A DNA stretch of 64,000 bases from NCBI GenBank assembly GCA_947165155.1, contig CAMUZI010000004.1, positions 6,799 to 70,798 of the forward strand, given 5' to 3'. Both the position numbers and the translations under genes were made by a program. Positions 21,311 to 31,502 of this stretch are shown here, in pieces; within the stretch, counting starts at the first letter, position 1; every line of letters starts with the position of its first letter. The stretch is from an uncultured Clostridia bacterium. Lineage in GTDB: Bacteria; Bacillota; Clostridia; Oscillospirales; Acutalibacteraceae. The notes below the pieces were generated by a model. That model saw only the letters and a program-made list of their open reading frames with translations, ran no database searches and was not told the origin of the DNA.

Positions 21311-23818
21311 ATGGAAGATAGAGTAATTGTTGTAGATATAAAAAATGAAATGGAAAAATCATTTTTAGATTATTCGATGTCAGTCATAATTTCGCGCGCT
21401 TTACCTGACATTCGTGATGGTCTAAAACCTGTTCATAGGAGAATTTTATATACGCTATTTGAAAATAATTTGACATCAGATAAGCCATATAGAAAATGTG
21501 CAGATACCGTTGGATCAGTTCTCAGTAGATATCATCCGCACGGAGATACATCAGTATATGACGCGCTCGTTCGATTGGCGCAGGATTTTTCTACTAGATA
21601 TTTGTTAGTTGATGGGCATGGAAATTTCGGATCTATCGATGGCGATCCACCAGCGGCGTATAGGTATACGGAATCGAGAATGAGTAAGATTTCACAAGAA
21701 ATGCTTACTGATATCGACAAAAATACGGTGGATTTTGTTCCAAACTACGATGATCGTTTAAAAGAACCCGTTGTTTTGCCTTCTAGATTCCCTAATTTAC
21801 TTGTAAATGGATCGACAGGTATAGCCGTCGGAATGGCAACAAATATCCCTCCTCATAATTTGGGAGAAGTTATTGATGCAGTATGTTATCTTATGGATAA
21901 CGAGGATGCGTCACTTCCTGATTTATTAAAATATATAAAAGGGCCGGATTTTCCAACCGGCGCACAAATTTTGGGACTTTCTGGAATCAAACAAGCATAC
22001 GAGACAGGCAAAGGAAGAATAACTATACGTTCAAAAAGCGAAATTGTTGAGGATGGAAATAGGTTTAAAATTATAATTTCCGAAATTCCCTATCAAGTTA
22101 ATAAAGCCGCTACTATTGAACATGTTTCGAATCTGGTAAAAGATAAAAAAATAACTGGAATTTCTAAAATAGAAGATCATTCTGATAGACATGGATTGCG
22201 CGTAGAGGTTTCAGTTAAGCAGGGATTTTCTCCTGATGTAGTTTTGAATCAATTATATTCATTTTCTCAGTTTCAGACTAATTTTAGTGTAAACATGTTA
22301 GCAATTGTTAATGGTGAGCCTAAAATTGTAAATCTAAAGGAATATTTAAAAATATATATAGATTTTCAAGTCGAGATAGTTACGAGAAGAACTAAATTTG
22401 ACTTGAAAAAAGCGCAAGATAGATGCCATATTTTAGAAGGTCTTAGAATTGCGATAGATAATATCGACGAAGTTATAAGAATACTTAAAAGTTCCAAATC
22501 CATTCCAGATGCTAAATCTAATTTATGTGAAAGATTTTCTTTAGATGATTTACAAGCACAAGCTATTGTTCAAATGCCTCTTGGACGCTTAACAAATTTA
22601 GAAGTTGAAAAAATAGATGATGAAATAAAATCTTTAAGGGAGAAGATTAATTATTTCAATGAGTTACTCTCTGATAAAAATAAATTACTTTCAGTGATAA
22701 AAGATGAAATTTTAGAGATTAAGAAAAGATACTCCGATAAAAGACGAACTGAGATAGTGAACGTTAGCGGAGAAATGAACGTAGAAGACCTTATTCCGAA
22801 CGAAAAGAGAGTAATAACGTTCACTCAACTTGGATATCTCAAAGTTCAGGATATTGAAACGTATAAGGCTCAGAAGCGTGGTGGATGTGGTATTTCTGGG
22901 ATGTCGAGGAGAGAAAATGATATTGCTGATGAGATATTGATTTCTAATACGCATGATTTTCTATTATTTTTCACAAATTTCGGAAAAGTTTATAGGATCA
23001 AATGTTTTGAGATTCCAGAATCGTCTCGTCAATCAAAGGGGATGAATATTGTTAATTTAATTCCTCTTTCGGAAAATGAGAAGGTTACTACTCTAATTAA
23101 AGTTTCTAATTTTAATGATTCTAAATATCTTGTTATGCTCACTAAACGAGGATTCATAAAGAGGTTAAATCTTTCTGATTTTGAATCTATAAGAAAATCT
23201 GGTCTGACTGCTATACATCTTGATGAAAATGATGAACTCAAATGGGTAAGAATAACTGATGGTGATGAGTCTGTTTTATTAGCTACAAGAAATGGCTTGG
23301 CAGTTCGATTTCACGAGGAAAAAGTAAGAGTTATGGGAAGACAGGCAAGAGGCGTTAATGCACTCAAGTTGGTTGACGGGGACTCTATTGTTAATTTAGT
23401 TACAGCAAAAGATGATGATAATATTCTAACAATTTCAGAGACCGGATATGCACGTATATCTTCAGCGAGTAGTTATAGAATGACTTCGAGGGGATGCAAA
23501 GGAGTAAAAAATTATCGTACTGAAGAGTACGGAAAAGTTTCTTCTATTTTGAAAGTTAACACTGATGATGACATCATTGCGATTTCATCTGACGGTACCA
23601 TAATAAGATTTCCTGCTTCTTCGGTTCGTCAATGTTCGCGTACTTCAAAGGGAGTTAAAGTTATGAGGCTTCGTGGAGATTCTATTGTTGTAAGTGTAAC
23701 GTCGGTGGAGAAAGAAGAGGACGAAGAAGATTGTGCAAGCGGTAAGAAAGAAGATAAAGATTCTACTGTTTTAGGTGCAACTTCAACAGAGATGAAAGAG
23801 GGAGAAGAAGATTTGTAA
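21311..23818 (+). CDS. gyrA: DNA gyrase subunit A
   Basis: YSMSVIISRALPDIRDGLKPVHRRILY, HPHGDTSVYDALVRLAQDF and AAYRYTESRMS, with an acidic C-terminal tail. ATG 21311 follows GAGAGGAA. Confidence 0.97.
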   Translation: MEDRVIVVDIKNEMEKSFLDYSMSVIISRALPDIRDGLKPVHRRILYTLFENNLTSDKPYRKCADTVGSVLSRYHPHGDTSVYDALVRLAQDFSTRYLLVDGHGNFGSIDGDPPAAYRYTESRMSKISQEMLTDIDKNTVDFVPNYDDRLKEPVVLPSRFPNLLVNGSTGIAVGMATNIPPHNLGEVIDAVCYLMDNEDASLPDLLKYIKGPDFPTGAQILGLSGIKQAYETGKGRITIRSKSEIVEDGNRFKIIISEIPYQVNKAATIEHVSNLVKDKKITGISKIEDHSDRHGLRVEVSVKQGFSPDVVLNQLYSFSQFQTNFSVNMLAIVNGEPKIVNLKEYLKIYIDFQVEIVTRRTKFDLKKAQDRCHILEGLRIAIDNIDEVIRILKSSKSIPDAKSNLCERFSLDDLQAQAIVQMPLGRLTNLEVEKIDDEIKSLREKINYFNELLSDKNKLLSVIKDEILEIKKRYSDKRRTEIVNVSGEMNVEDLIPNEKRVITFTQLGYLKVQDIETYKAQKRGGCGISGMSRRENDIADEILISNTHDFLLFFTNFGKVYRIKCFEIPESSRQSKGMNIVNLIPLSENEKVTTLIKVSNFNDSKYLVMLTKRGFIKRLNLSDFESIRKSGLTAIHLDENDELKWVRITDGDESVLLATRNGLAVRFHEEKVRVMGRQARGVNALKLVDGDSIVNLVTAKDDDNILTISETGYARISSASSYRMTSRGCKGVKNYRTEEYGKVSSILKVNTDDDIIAISSDGTIIRFPASSVRQCSRTSKGVKVMRLRGDSIVVSVTSVEKEEDEEDCASGKKEDKDSTVLGATSTEMKEGEEDL

Positions 23819-23912
23819 ATGATGAAAAAAACTAAGGATTTCGATGTTACAAGTGTGGCCTCAGCAGAGAGGAAAGAAAGGAAAAATTTTATAAATTGTG
23901 AGGGAAGAATTA

Positions 23913-24611
23913 ATGAAATTCAAAAGAGTATTACTAAAACTAAGTGGTGAATCTCTTTCTAGTGGATTTGGAATTGATAGGAAACAATGCGAATCTGTCT
24001 CTCGTTCGATAAAGAAATGTGTTGGTTTAGGTCTCGAGTTAGCTATTGTCATTGGAGGAGGAAACTTTTGGAGAGGAAGAACCGGAACGGAAATTTCTCG
24101 TATAAGGTCTGATCAAATGGGAATGTTAGCAACCTCAATGAATGCGCTTTGCCTTTCTGATTTTTTGGAAAGATTGAAAATCAAAACTTTAATTCAATCG
24201 TCAGTTGGAATAAACGGAATTTTAAAAAGATTTTCCATAGATGATACATTAAAAGCATTAAAAAAAGGAAAAGTTGTAATTTTTTCCTCTGGGATTGGAG
24301 AGCCATTTTTCTCAACTGATACCTGTGCGGCTCTAAGGGCATGTGAAATTAGAGCAGACGCTATTTTTAAAGCTACGAATGTCGACGGAATTTATTCAGC
24401 AGATCCTAAAATAGATAAGGAGGCAAAAAAATATGCTTCAATTTCTTTCGACGAAGTTTTGGAAAAGAATCTTAAAGTTATGGATATGACTGCTATTTCT
24501 CTGTGCAGAGAGAATAATATTCCCATATTGGTTTTTAAGTTCGATGATCTTGAACGAGTTTCTGGAGGTGCAAATCTAGGTTCACTTGTTTCAAATTGTA
24601 TATTTGAATAA
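23913..24611 (+). CDS. pyrH: UMP kinase
   Basis: KRVLLKLSGESL, GGGNFWRG, FSTDTCAALRA and TNVDGIYSADP. Confidence 0.93.
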   Translation: MKFKRVLLKLSGESLSSGFGIDRKQCESVSRSIKKCVGLGLELAIVIGGGNFWRGRTGTEISRIRSDQMGMLATSMNALCLSDFLERLKIKTLIQSSVGINGILKRFSIDDTLKALKKGKVVIFSSGIGEPFFSTDTCAALRACEIRADAIFKATNVDGIYSADPKIDKEAKKYASISFDEVLEKNLKVMDMTAISLCRENNIPILVFKFDDLERVSGGANLGSLVSNCIFE

Positions 24612-24791
24612 TTCGGTTGATATTATGTATTGTTTATTTGTGTGCTTTTACGAATTTTAGTTTTTTGACTGACATATGATATTTCTACAGTTGACTTTTT
24701 TGTTAGTTTGATGGAGAATAGGGGGCGGAAAGTGTCGTATTTTGGATCGTAGCAAGAATTTTGGTAAATATTGATTCAGAGGTGCTTGCTT

Positions 24792-25064
24792 GTGGTTACT
24801 TTAGAACATACGATAAAGAATAAACTTGGAATCCATGCTAGGCCGGCGGGTTTTTTAGCTAAGTTTGCAAAAGAGCATGAGAATTGTACGATATTTTGCA
24901 GGGAGGCGAATTCTTCGAAAGAGTACGATGTTAAAAATGTACTTTCGGTGATGGGGGCGCAGTTCAAATGCGGTGATGATGTTATTTTTAAAATAGACTC
25001 AAAAGAGAAGATATCCGAAGATTTGATTAGAAAATTACGTGAGTTGTTAGAGAAGCATTTTTAG
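24792..25064 (+). CDS. ptsH: Phosphocarrier protein HPr
   Basis: GIHARPAG with the active-site His, and a VLSVMG region with the regulatory Ser, about 90 aa. GTG 24792 lies 9 nt after AGAGG. Confidence 0.88.
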   Translation: MVTLEHTIKNKLGIHARPAGFLAKFAKEHENCTIFCREANSSKEYDVKNVLSVMGAQFKCGDDVIFKIDSKEKISEDLIRKLRELLEKHF

Positions 25065-25086
25065 TTGCTTCTCTATTTGTTTTTTG
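25050..25086 (+). terminator. Stem-loop with T-run between ptsH and ptsI (partial terminator/attenuator)
   Basis: GAGAAGCA..TGCTTCTC stem spans the ptsH stop codon and is followed by TATTTGTTTTTT. Confidence 0.45.
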
Positions 25087-25099
25087 TTAGGGGAAGTAA

Positions 25100-26767
25100 A
25101 TGAAAGTTTTAAAAGGAATTGGAATATCAGACGGCATTGCGTTTGGAAAATTAAGAGCCTACAGAAAAGATTTTTTTAGCATCCATTCAATGAGAATTTT
25201 TAAAGAAGACTCTGAAAGCGAAATATCTAAGTTCAAACATGCAAAAGAGCTTGCTTTGAAGCAGTTGGATGTTCTTTATAATCATGCGCTCAAAGATGTT
25301 GGTGAAGAGCATGCTATGATATTTGATGTCCATAAGATGATGATCGAAGACATAGATTATTCAAATTCAATCATGAACATAATAAGAGACGAAAAAGCAA
25401 ATGCAGAGTATGCTATTTGGTTGACTTCCAGAAATTTTGAGAAAAAGTTTGAAAGTATGGAATCTGAGTATATGCAGCAGAGGGCTGCTGATGTTCGTGA
25501 TATTTCGAGACGTTTAATAAATTGCATGAATAACTATGTTCAAACAGATGTTAGTTCAGAGAAAAAAGAAATAATAATCGGTTGTGATGATCTTTCTCCT
25601 AGTGAATTGTTGGAGTTAAATAGGAATTATGTGAAAGGATTTATCACAATTCTAGGATCTAGAAATTCTCATACGTCAATTTTAGCTAAATCTATGAACA
25701 TGCCTGCGATAATATCATTAGGAGATCAGCTAAAGCCTGATTTTGAGGGATGTAATGTCATAATTGATAGTTTTGCGGGTGCCGTATATGTTTCTCCTGA
25801 TAGAAGTACTATAAGAAGGCTGAAGAGAAAAAAAGAGATGTATGATAAACAGCAGGAGCTTCTTTCGAGTTTCAAAGGAAAAGACGATGTAACACTCGAT
25901 GGTCAAAAAATTACTCTTTGTGCTAATGTGAGTAACATATTAGATATCGAGGCCGTTAGGGATTGTGACGCGAGTGGTATTGGTCTTTTTAGAAGTGAAT
26001 TTATTTATATGGGAAAACGTTCTTATCCGACCGAGGAAGAGCAGTTTAAAATTTATAAGACCGCTGCTGAGAAGATGTCCCCTGAACATGTTACAATCCG
26101 CACACTTGACGTAGGTGCTGATAAGCAAATAAGTTATTTTGATATTCCAAAAGAGCCGAATCCTTCGATGGGTTACAGGGGGATCAGGGTATGTTTAGAC
26201 CGTCCAAACATTTTCAAAACCCAATTGAGGGCGATTCTTCGTGCATCGGCATTTGGTAACATTAGAATCTTGATTCCTATGATTTCTCTTCTCGATGAGA
26301 TAATAAGATCTAAGAACATAATTGAAGAGTGTAAAAAAGAACTAAAAGAGGAAGGATTAAAATATGATGAAGATATCCAAATAGGAATAATGATTGAGAC
26401 TCCCGCTGCTGTTATGATAAGTGATGTTTTAGCAAAAGAAGTTGATTTTTTTAGCATAGGTACAAATGATCTTGTGCAGTATTCGTTAGCGGTCGATAGG
26501 CAAAATGATAAAATTAATTTTATGTTCAACCCTCAGCATATGGCAATCTTACGAATGATAAAGCTAGTTTGTGAGAATGCGCATAAGGAGGGAATATCTG
26601 TTGGGATATGTGGAGAAATAGCCTCTGATGATAAAATGACCGAAATATTCTTATCCCTGGGGGTAGATGAGTTGTCTATGTCATCCCCATTTGTTTTAGG
26701 AATTAGAAGAAAGGTGCGTGGAGTAAATGTTAGTGCGATAAAAGATGAAATACTTTCTAAATTATAG
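25100..26767 (+). CDS. ptsI: PTS enzyme I (phosphoenolpyruvate-protein phosphotransferase)
   Basis: 555 aa with GSRNSHTSILAKSM (active-site His), GLFRSEF and FFSIGTNDLVQY. Confidence 0.95.
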   Translation: MKVLKGIGISDGIAFGKLRAYRKDFFSIHSMRIFKEDSESEISKFKHAKELALKQLDVLYNHALKDVGEEHAMIFDVHKMMIEDIDYSNSIMNIIRDEKANAEYAIWLTSRNFEKKFESMESEYMQQRAADVRDISRRLINCMNNYVQTDVSSEKKEIIIGCDDLSPSELLELNRNYVKGFITILGSRNSHTSILAKSMNMPAIISLGDQLKPDFEGCNVIIDSFAGAVYVSPDRSTIRRLKRKKEMYDKQQELLSSFKGKDDVTLDGQKITLCANVSNILDIEAVRDCDASGIGLFRSEFIYMGKRSYPTEEEQFKIYKTAAEKMSPEHVTIRTLDVGADKQISYFDIPKEPNPSMGYRGIRVCLDRPNIFKTQLRAILRASAFGNIRILIPMISLLDEIIRSKNIIEECKKELKEEGLKYDEDIQIGIMIETPAAVMISDVLAKEVDFFSIGTNDLVQYSLAVDRQNDKINFMFNPQHMAILRMIKLVCENAHKEGISVGICGEIASDDKMTEIFLSLGVDELSMSSPFVLGIRRKVRGVNVSAIKDEILSKL

Positions 26768-26918
26768 GAGTTTTTATGATCGGATTTTTTTTTATAAAAA
26801 AAAGTGTTCTATCTTATTTATTTTTCAATTTTAGAAATTCTAGATTGTTTGGACGTTTGCTTTGTTAGAAAGATATGAAAATATCGATTAATATTAAGTA
26901 TCATTTTTTGGAGTATTT

Positions 26919-27407
26919 ATGTTTGGATTTTTTAATAAAGGGAAAAAAACTCAGAAATTTGAGATGGTAGCGCCTATCTCTGGAGAGTGCATTCCTATTG
27001 ACAAAGTTCCCGATGAGGCCTTTTCTAGTAAGATGCTCGGTGATGGTGTTGCGATTATTCCTTCGAATGGAGTTTTAGTTTCCCCTTTTGATTGCACTGT
27101 CTCTCAGATATTCGATACAAAGCACGCATATGTTTTAAAAAGTGAATTCGACTTGGATGTTTTAATTCACATAGGGATAGATACAGTAAAATTAAACGGT
27201 GAGGGCTTTGAAAATAAAGTTTCTGCGTCACAGAAGCTTTCAAAAGGAGATGTGATATCCAATTTTGATTTAGATTTTTTATCAAAAAATGGTTGTCCTC
27301 TTCACACTCCTATCATTTTTACTAACATGGAAAAGTTCAAAATTGAGTTTAATTATGGAAGTATGGTGCATGGTCAAACGGTTTTGTGTTATATAAGTAA
27401 AATATGA
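26919..27407 (+). CDS. crr: PTS glucose-family EIIA component
   Basis: VPDEAFSSKMLGDGVAI and HIGIDTVKLNGEGF (EIIA-Glc His pair region), 162 aa. Confidence 0.9.
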   Translation: MFGFFNKGKKTQKFEMVAPISGECIPIDKVPDEAFSSKMLGDGVAIIPSNGVLVSPFDCTVSQIFDTKHAYVLKSEFDLDVLIHIGIDTVKLNGEGFENKVSASQKLSKGDVISNFDLDFLSKNGCPLHTPIIFTNMEKFKIEFNYGSMVHGQTVLCYISKI

Positions 27408-27725
27408 TTTTAGGTGAATTACAGTGAAAATTGAAGTTAAAATTTTTAAATTACTTAAAATCAAGAAGATACCTTTTTTCATCAATATGGAGTGATTACA
27501 AATTGGATTCAATTATCAAAGGTGTGGTGCATGGTCAAACGGTTTTATGTTATATAAGTAAAATATGATTTTAGGTGAATTACAGTGAAAATTGAAGTTA
27601 AAATTTTTAAATTACTTAAAATCAAGAAGATAACTTTTTTCATCAATATGGAGCGATTACAAATTGGATTCAATTATCATGAGTATGATGCGTGGTCAGG
27701 TGGTTTGTGTTATATATTAAAATGT
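27365..27725 (+). repeat. Tandem repeat, 161-bp unit, 2 full copies plus a partial third
   Basis: GGTGCATGGTCAAACGG.. recurs at 27365 and 27526 and degenerately at 27687. The unit is the last ~40 nt of crr plus ~120 nt of downstream spacer. Confidence 0.9.
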
Positions 27726-27744
27726 GGTTTTGGAGGTACTAGGT

Positions 27745-29334
27745 ATGGAAACTGAAAATAAGGCGTTTAAATTACTGCAATCGATAGGACATTCTCTATT
27801 TCTTCCGATTGCTATTCTTCCGATTGCTGGGTTGTTACTGGGAATAGGCGCTTCATGTTCAAACGAACAGACGATAGCTTCAATGGGACTTTCCTCTTTT
27901 ATGGGAAAGGGAACGTTTTTACTTAATATGTTTTCGATTATGGCTCAAGTTGGAAGCATAGTTTTTAAGAATCTACCGGTAATTTTTGCGTGTGGAATTG
28001 CTATGGGATTAGCTAAAAACGAGGGGGCAGTCGCTGCTCTTTCAGCCCTGATATCGTTTTTAGTTATGCATCAATCGATTTCTTCGTTACTTTCTATAAG
28101 TGGAAAACTTTCTTCTCTTCCTGAGGGGACAACTGGAGATGTTTGCGGAATAACCTCACTTAATATGGGCGTTTTTGGAGGAATGCTTGTAGGAATAGGA
28201 GTTGCATGGATTCATAACAAATTTTATAAGATAAAACTTCCTGATGTAGTTTCGTTTTTTGGTGGAATCAAATTTGTTCCGATTATGTCTTCTTTGGTTT
28301 ATATATTCGTCGGAGCGTTGATGTATTTAGTATGGCCTCCAATTCAAAACGGTATGTTCCAATTTGGAAGAGTGGTTAATAATTTGGGATACATCGGTAC
28401 TTTTATTTATGGAGTAATTGAGCGCGCACTTATTCCGTTTGGTCTTCATCACGTATTTTATATTCCATTTTGGCAGACTGATCTTGGTGGAACGATGCAA
28501 ATTGATGGTAATTGGATATCTGGGGCACAAAATATATTCTTTGCACAACTTGCATCTCCGAATACGACTCATTTTAACGTTGAGGCAACTAAGTTTATGA
28601 CCGGGAAAGTAGCAATCATGATATTTGGGCTTCCTGGTGCAGCTCTTGCGATGTATAAACTTGCTAAAGACAAGAAGAAAAAGGTGGTTGGAGGTCTTCT
28701 TCTTTCTGCTGCTCTTACCTCATTAATAACGGGAATTACGGAACCTATAGAGTTTACGTTCTTATTCGTATCTCCGATTTTATATGCTGTACATTGTGTT
28801 TTTGCTGGTTTAGCATTTATGTTAACTCACATATTAAAAATTGCAGTTGGACATACATTTTCTGGCGGGATAATTGATTTCATACTGTTTGGGGTTCTTC
28901 AAGGAAATGAGAAAACTAACTGGATTATGATGATTCCTCTTGGCGCTGCTTACTTTTTTATGTATTACTTTGTTTTTTACGCGATGATCAAAAAATTAAA
29001 TCTTATGACTCCGGGAAGAGAAGAAGATGAAGTTGGTGCTAAACTGTTTACAAAGAAAGATTTGAAATCTTCTGGTGACGACTTTTCAGAAACTATTGTA
29101 AGAGGTCTTGGAGGAATTAGAAATATAAATTCTGTTGCATGTTGCGCTACAAGACTGAGGCTCACTGTTAATGATTCTTCAATCGTTGACAAAAATATCC
29201 TAAATGAAACAAATCCAGCTGGTATAATCATGCATGGTACTGGTGTTCAAGTTGTTTATGGTACTCAGGTTACAGTCATAAAAAGTGAGCTAGAAGAGTA
29301 TATGAAATCGCTTAGTGGTAGTGATAATGTGTGA
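27745..29334 (+). CDS. ptsG: PTS glucose-family EIICB permease
   Basis: About ten TM helices with GITEPIEF, and a C-terminal EIIB with VACCATRLRL. ATG 27745 follows GGAGG. Confidence 0.9.
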   Translation: METENKAFKLLQSIGHSLFLPIAILPIAGLLLGIGASCSNEQTIASMGLSSFMGKGTFLLNMFSIMAQVGSIVFKNLPVIFACGIAMGLAKNEGAVAALSALISFLVMHQSISSLLSISGKLSSLPEGTTGDVCGITSLNMGVFGGMLVGIGVAWIHNKFYKIKLPDVVSFFGGIKFVPIMSSLVYIFVGALMYLVWPPIQNGMFQFGRVVNNLGYIGTFIYGVIERALIPFGLHHVFYIPFWQTDLGGTMQIDGNWISGAQNIFFAQLASPNTTHFNVEATKFMTGKVAIMIFGLPGAALAMYKLAKDKKKKVVGGLLLSAALTSLITGITEPIEFTFLFVSPILYAVHCVFAGLAFMLTHILKIAVGHTFSGGIIDFILFGVLQGNEKTNWIMMIPLGAAYFFMYYFVFYAMIKKLNLMTPGREEDEVGAKLFTKKDLKSSGDDFSETIVRGLGGIRNINSVACCATRLRLTVNDSSIVDKNILNETNPAGIIMHGTGVQVVYGTQVTVIKSELEEYMKSLSGSDNV

Positions 29335-30724
29335 TATCGAATTCAAAAATGTTTCATTTTCTTTTGGAAAGAGAAAGATCCTTGATGACATATCTTTTAC
29401 AATAAAGCAGGGAGATTTCGTTTCCATAGTAGGCCAAAATGGAAGCGGTAAATCAGTTCTCGTCAAGCATATAAATGGTATACTAATTCCTACAAAAGGT
29501 GATGTGTTTGTTGATGGAATTAACACGAAAGATGATTCGAAAATTTATGATATAAGACAAAAAGTCGGATTTATGTTTCAAGATCCAGAGAATCAAATTA
29601 TTGCAGGGACGGTTGAGGAGGATGTTGCATTTGGGCCTTCAAATCTAGGTGTTGAGCGTAAGATTATGAGGGAAAGGGTAGATGAGACATTAAAAAAATT
29701 AAGAATGTATGAATATAGAAAGTTTGATGTTAACAAACTTTCTGGTGGAGTTAAGCAGAAGTTGGTTCTTGCAGGGACATTAGTTATGAATGCAAGGTGC
29801 TTAGTTCTCGATGAGCCAACCTCTATGCTTGACCCTGTAAATCGCAAGAATATCATGGATGAGCTAATAAAACTAAACAAAGAGGAAAACATCACACTAA
29901 TTTTGTTGACACATCACATGGAAGAAGCAAAATTAGCAAATAAGTTTTTTCTTTTAGAGTCTGGCAAAATTTCACAGGGAGATTATAAGTTCATAGAGGA
30001 AAAATTTTTGAAGACCAGTAGTATAAATATCGATTTTAACGGTGAAGAAAAAAGCAAAGAAGAAAGTACGATAATCGAATGTAAAAATTTATCCTTTAAA
30101 TATGAGAAAAATAGTGAATACATAATTAAGAATTTGAATTGTAAAATAGCAGAAAGAGATGTTGTTGAAATAATTGGATCAAATGGTTCTGGTAAGAGTA
30201 CATTTGTTCATCTGCTGAAAGGAATTCTTGAACCTTCTGAAGGGGAAATATTTCTTGATGGTCAGAAAAGTTCGAGACGTGAAAGAAACAGAAAGATAGG
30301 TCTTGTATTTCAAATTCCAGATTATCAATTATTTGAGGATGACGTACTAGATGAGGTAGCATTTGGTCCAAAAAATATGGGTTTAAACAAAGAGGAAGCC
30401 AAAGAAAAAGCGATAGAGGCGTTAAATATAGTTGGAATAGACAGCAAATTTTTTCATTATTCTCCATTTGAGCTTTCCGGGGGAATGAAAAAACTTGTGA
30501 CGATTGCAAGCATATTATCTATGTCTCCTGAGATTTTGATTTTCGATGAGCCGACAGCATACCTGGATTTTATGGCAAGTAAAAGGTTGATAAATTTGAT
30601 AATGAATTTGAATATGAAACAGAAAAAAACAATTATTATCATACATCACACTTCAGATAAAAATTTGATCTCATTTAATAATAGATTTTTAGATTTAACT
30701 CTTAAGTTTCCTGTGTTAAATTAG
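29327..30724 (+). CDS. ecfA: Fused double ATPase of an ECF-type ABC transporter (EcfA1-EcfA2-like)
   Basis: Two ABC cassettes in one frame. First: GQNGSGKS, LSGGVKQKL, LVLDEPTSMLD. Second: GSNGSGKS, LSGGMKKLV, LIFDEPTAYLD. The FQDPENQ/FQIPDYQ Q-loop context is typical of EcfA. ATG 29327 overlaps the ptsG stop. Confidence 0.8.
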   Translation: MCDIEFKNVSFSFGKRKILDDISFTIKQGDFVSIVGQNGSGKSVLVKHINGILIPTKGDVFVDGINTKDDSKIYDIRQKVGFMFQDPENQIIAGTVEEDVAFGPSNLGVERKIMRERVDETLKKLRMYEYRKFDVNKLSGGVKQKLVLAGTLVMNARCLVLDEPTSMLDPVNRKNIMDELIKLNKEENITLILLTHHMEEAKLANKFFLLESGKISQGDYKFIEEKFLKTSSINIDFNGEEKSKEESTIIECKNLSFKYEKNSEYIIKNLNCKIAERDVVEIIGSNGSGKSTFVHLLKGILEPSEGEIFLDGQKSSRRERNRKIGLVFQIPDYQLFEDDVLDEVAFGPKNMGLNKEEAKEKAIEALNIVGIDSKFFHYSPFELSGGMKKLVTIASILSMSPEILIFDEPTAYLDFMASKRLINLIMNLNMKQKKTIIIIHHTSDKNLISFNNRFLDLTLKFPVLN

Positions 30725-30732
30725 GAAGTTAT

Positions 30733-31365
30733 ATGGCAAGATTCAAGATATTTGGTACATACATAAGTATAGATTTTTATTTTATATCGCTATGTGTTAT
30801 TTTGATAATATACTCAAAAAATGATTTTATAATTTCTTTTATTTTATCTTCTTTGCACGAAATAGGGCATATTTTATTTATGAGGTTATATAAAATTCCC
30901 ATAAAAGAGGTAAATATAACTCCTTCTAGTGTGGATATTGTACAAGAAACATCTTCTTTGAATTACAAAAAAGAATTATATATATTATTAGCTGGTCCGA
31001 TTATGAATTTGTTGTTGTTTTTGATTTTTTTTGGAATTTATTTGTATTCAAATGTGATGATATTCAAAAATATATACTTACAAAGTTTGTTGATAGGGTT
31101 TATAAATTTAATTCCTATTTCTACGCTGGATGGCGGAAGGATATTTCAGATATTTTTAAAAAGACATTTTGACATTCGAGAGGCCGATAGAATCTCATTC
31201 ATTGTATCAATAATATTTATTATTCCTCTGATGATTTCCGGATTTTTGATTCTAATACGCTCGAACTTCAATATTTCGGTTTTACTTTTATCTCTATATT
31301 TGTGCTATTTTCTTATTTTTCAAAATTGGGATAATAAAAGAATAGTATATTTTGACGAATTGTGA
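30733..31365 (+). CDS. Site-2 protease family (M50) membrane metalloprotease, SpoIVFB-like
   Basis: HEIGH (HExxH) sits in a TM helix, NLIPISTLDGGRIF (NxxPxxxLDG) in a later helix, and the protein is polytopic, 210 aa. Confidence 0.75.
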   Translation: MARFKIFGTYISIDFYFISLCVILIIYSKNDFIISFILSSLHEIGHILFMRLYKIPIKEVNITPSSVDIVQETSSLNYKKELYILLAGPIMNLLLFLIFFGIYLYSNVMIFKNIYLQSLLIGFINLIPISTLDGGRIFQIFLKRHFDIREADRISFIVSIIFIIPLMISGFLILIRSNFNISVLLLSLYLCYFLIFQNWDNKRIVYFDEL

Positions 31366-31502
31366 TAAATAATTCAATAAAATAAAGTACCTTGGTTGAA
31401 AACTTTAAAGGTATGTGCTAGAATGGGAAAAGTGTGTGTCAAGTGAGGAGACTGTTACATTGTGATGTATCTTTAAAAAAATGTAAATATTGTTAAAATA
31501 AC

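Noticed and set aside
27340-27725. Possible CRISPR array (regularly spaced repeats); also considered for 53436-53960
   Set aside because: The units are 161-240 bp and directly abutting with no unique spacers. They contain copies of gene ends, and no cas genes are present. These are tandem duplications, not CRISPR.
27408-27744. RAT/antiterminator element upstream of ptsG
   Set aside because: No sequence resembling the GGATTGTTACTG..GCAGGCAAAACC-type RAT, and no overlapping terminator, was found. The leader consists of the crr-tail repeat.
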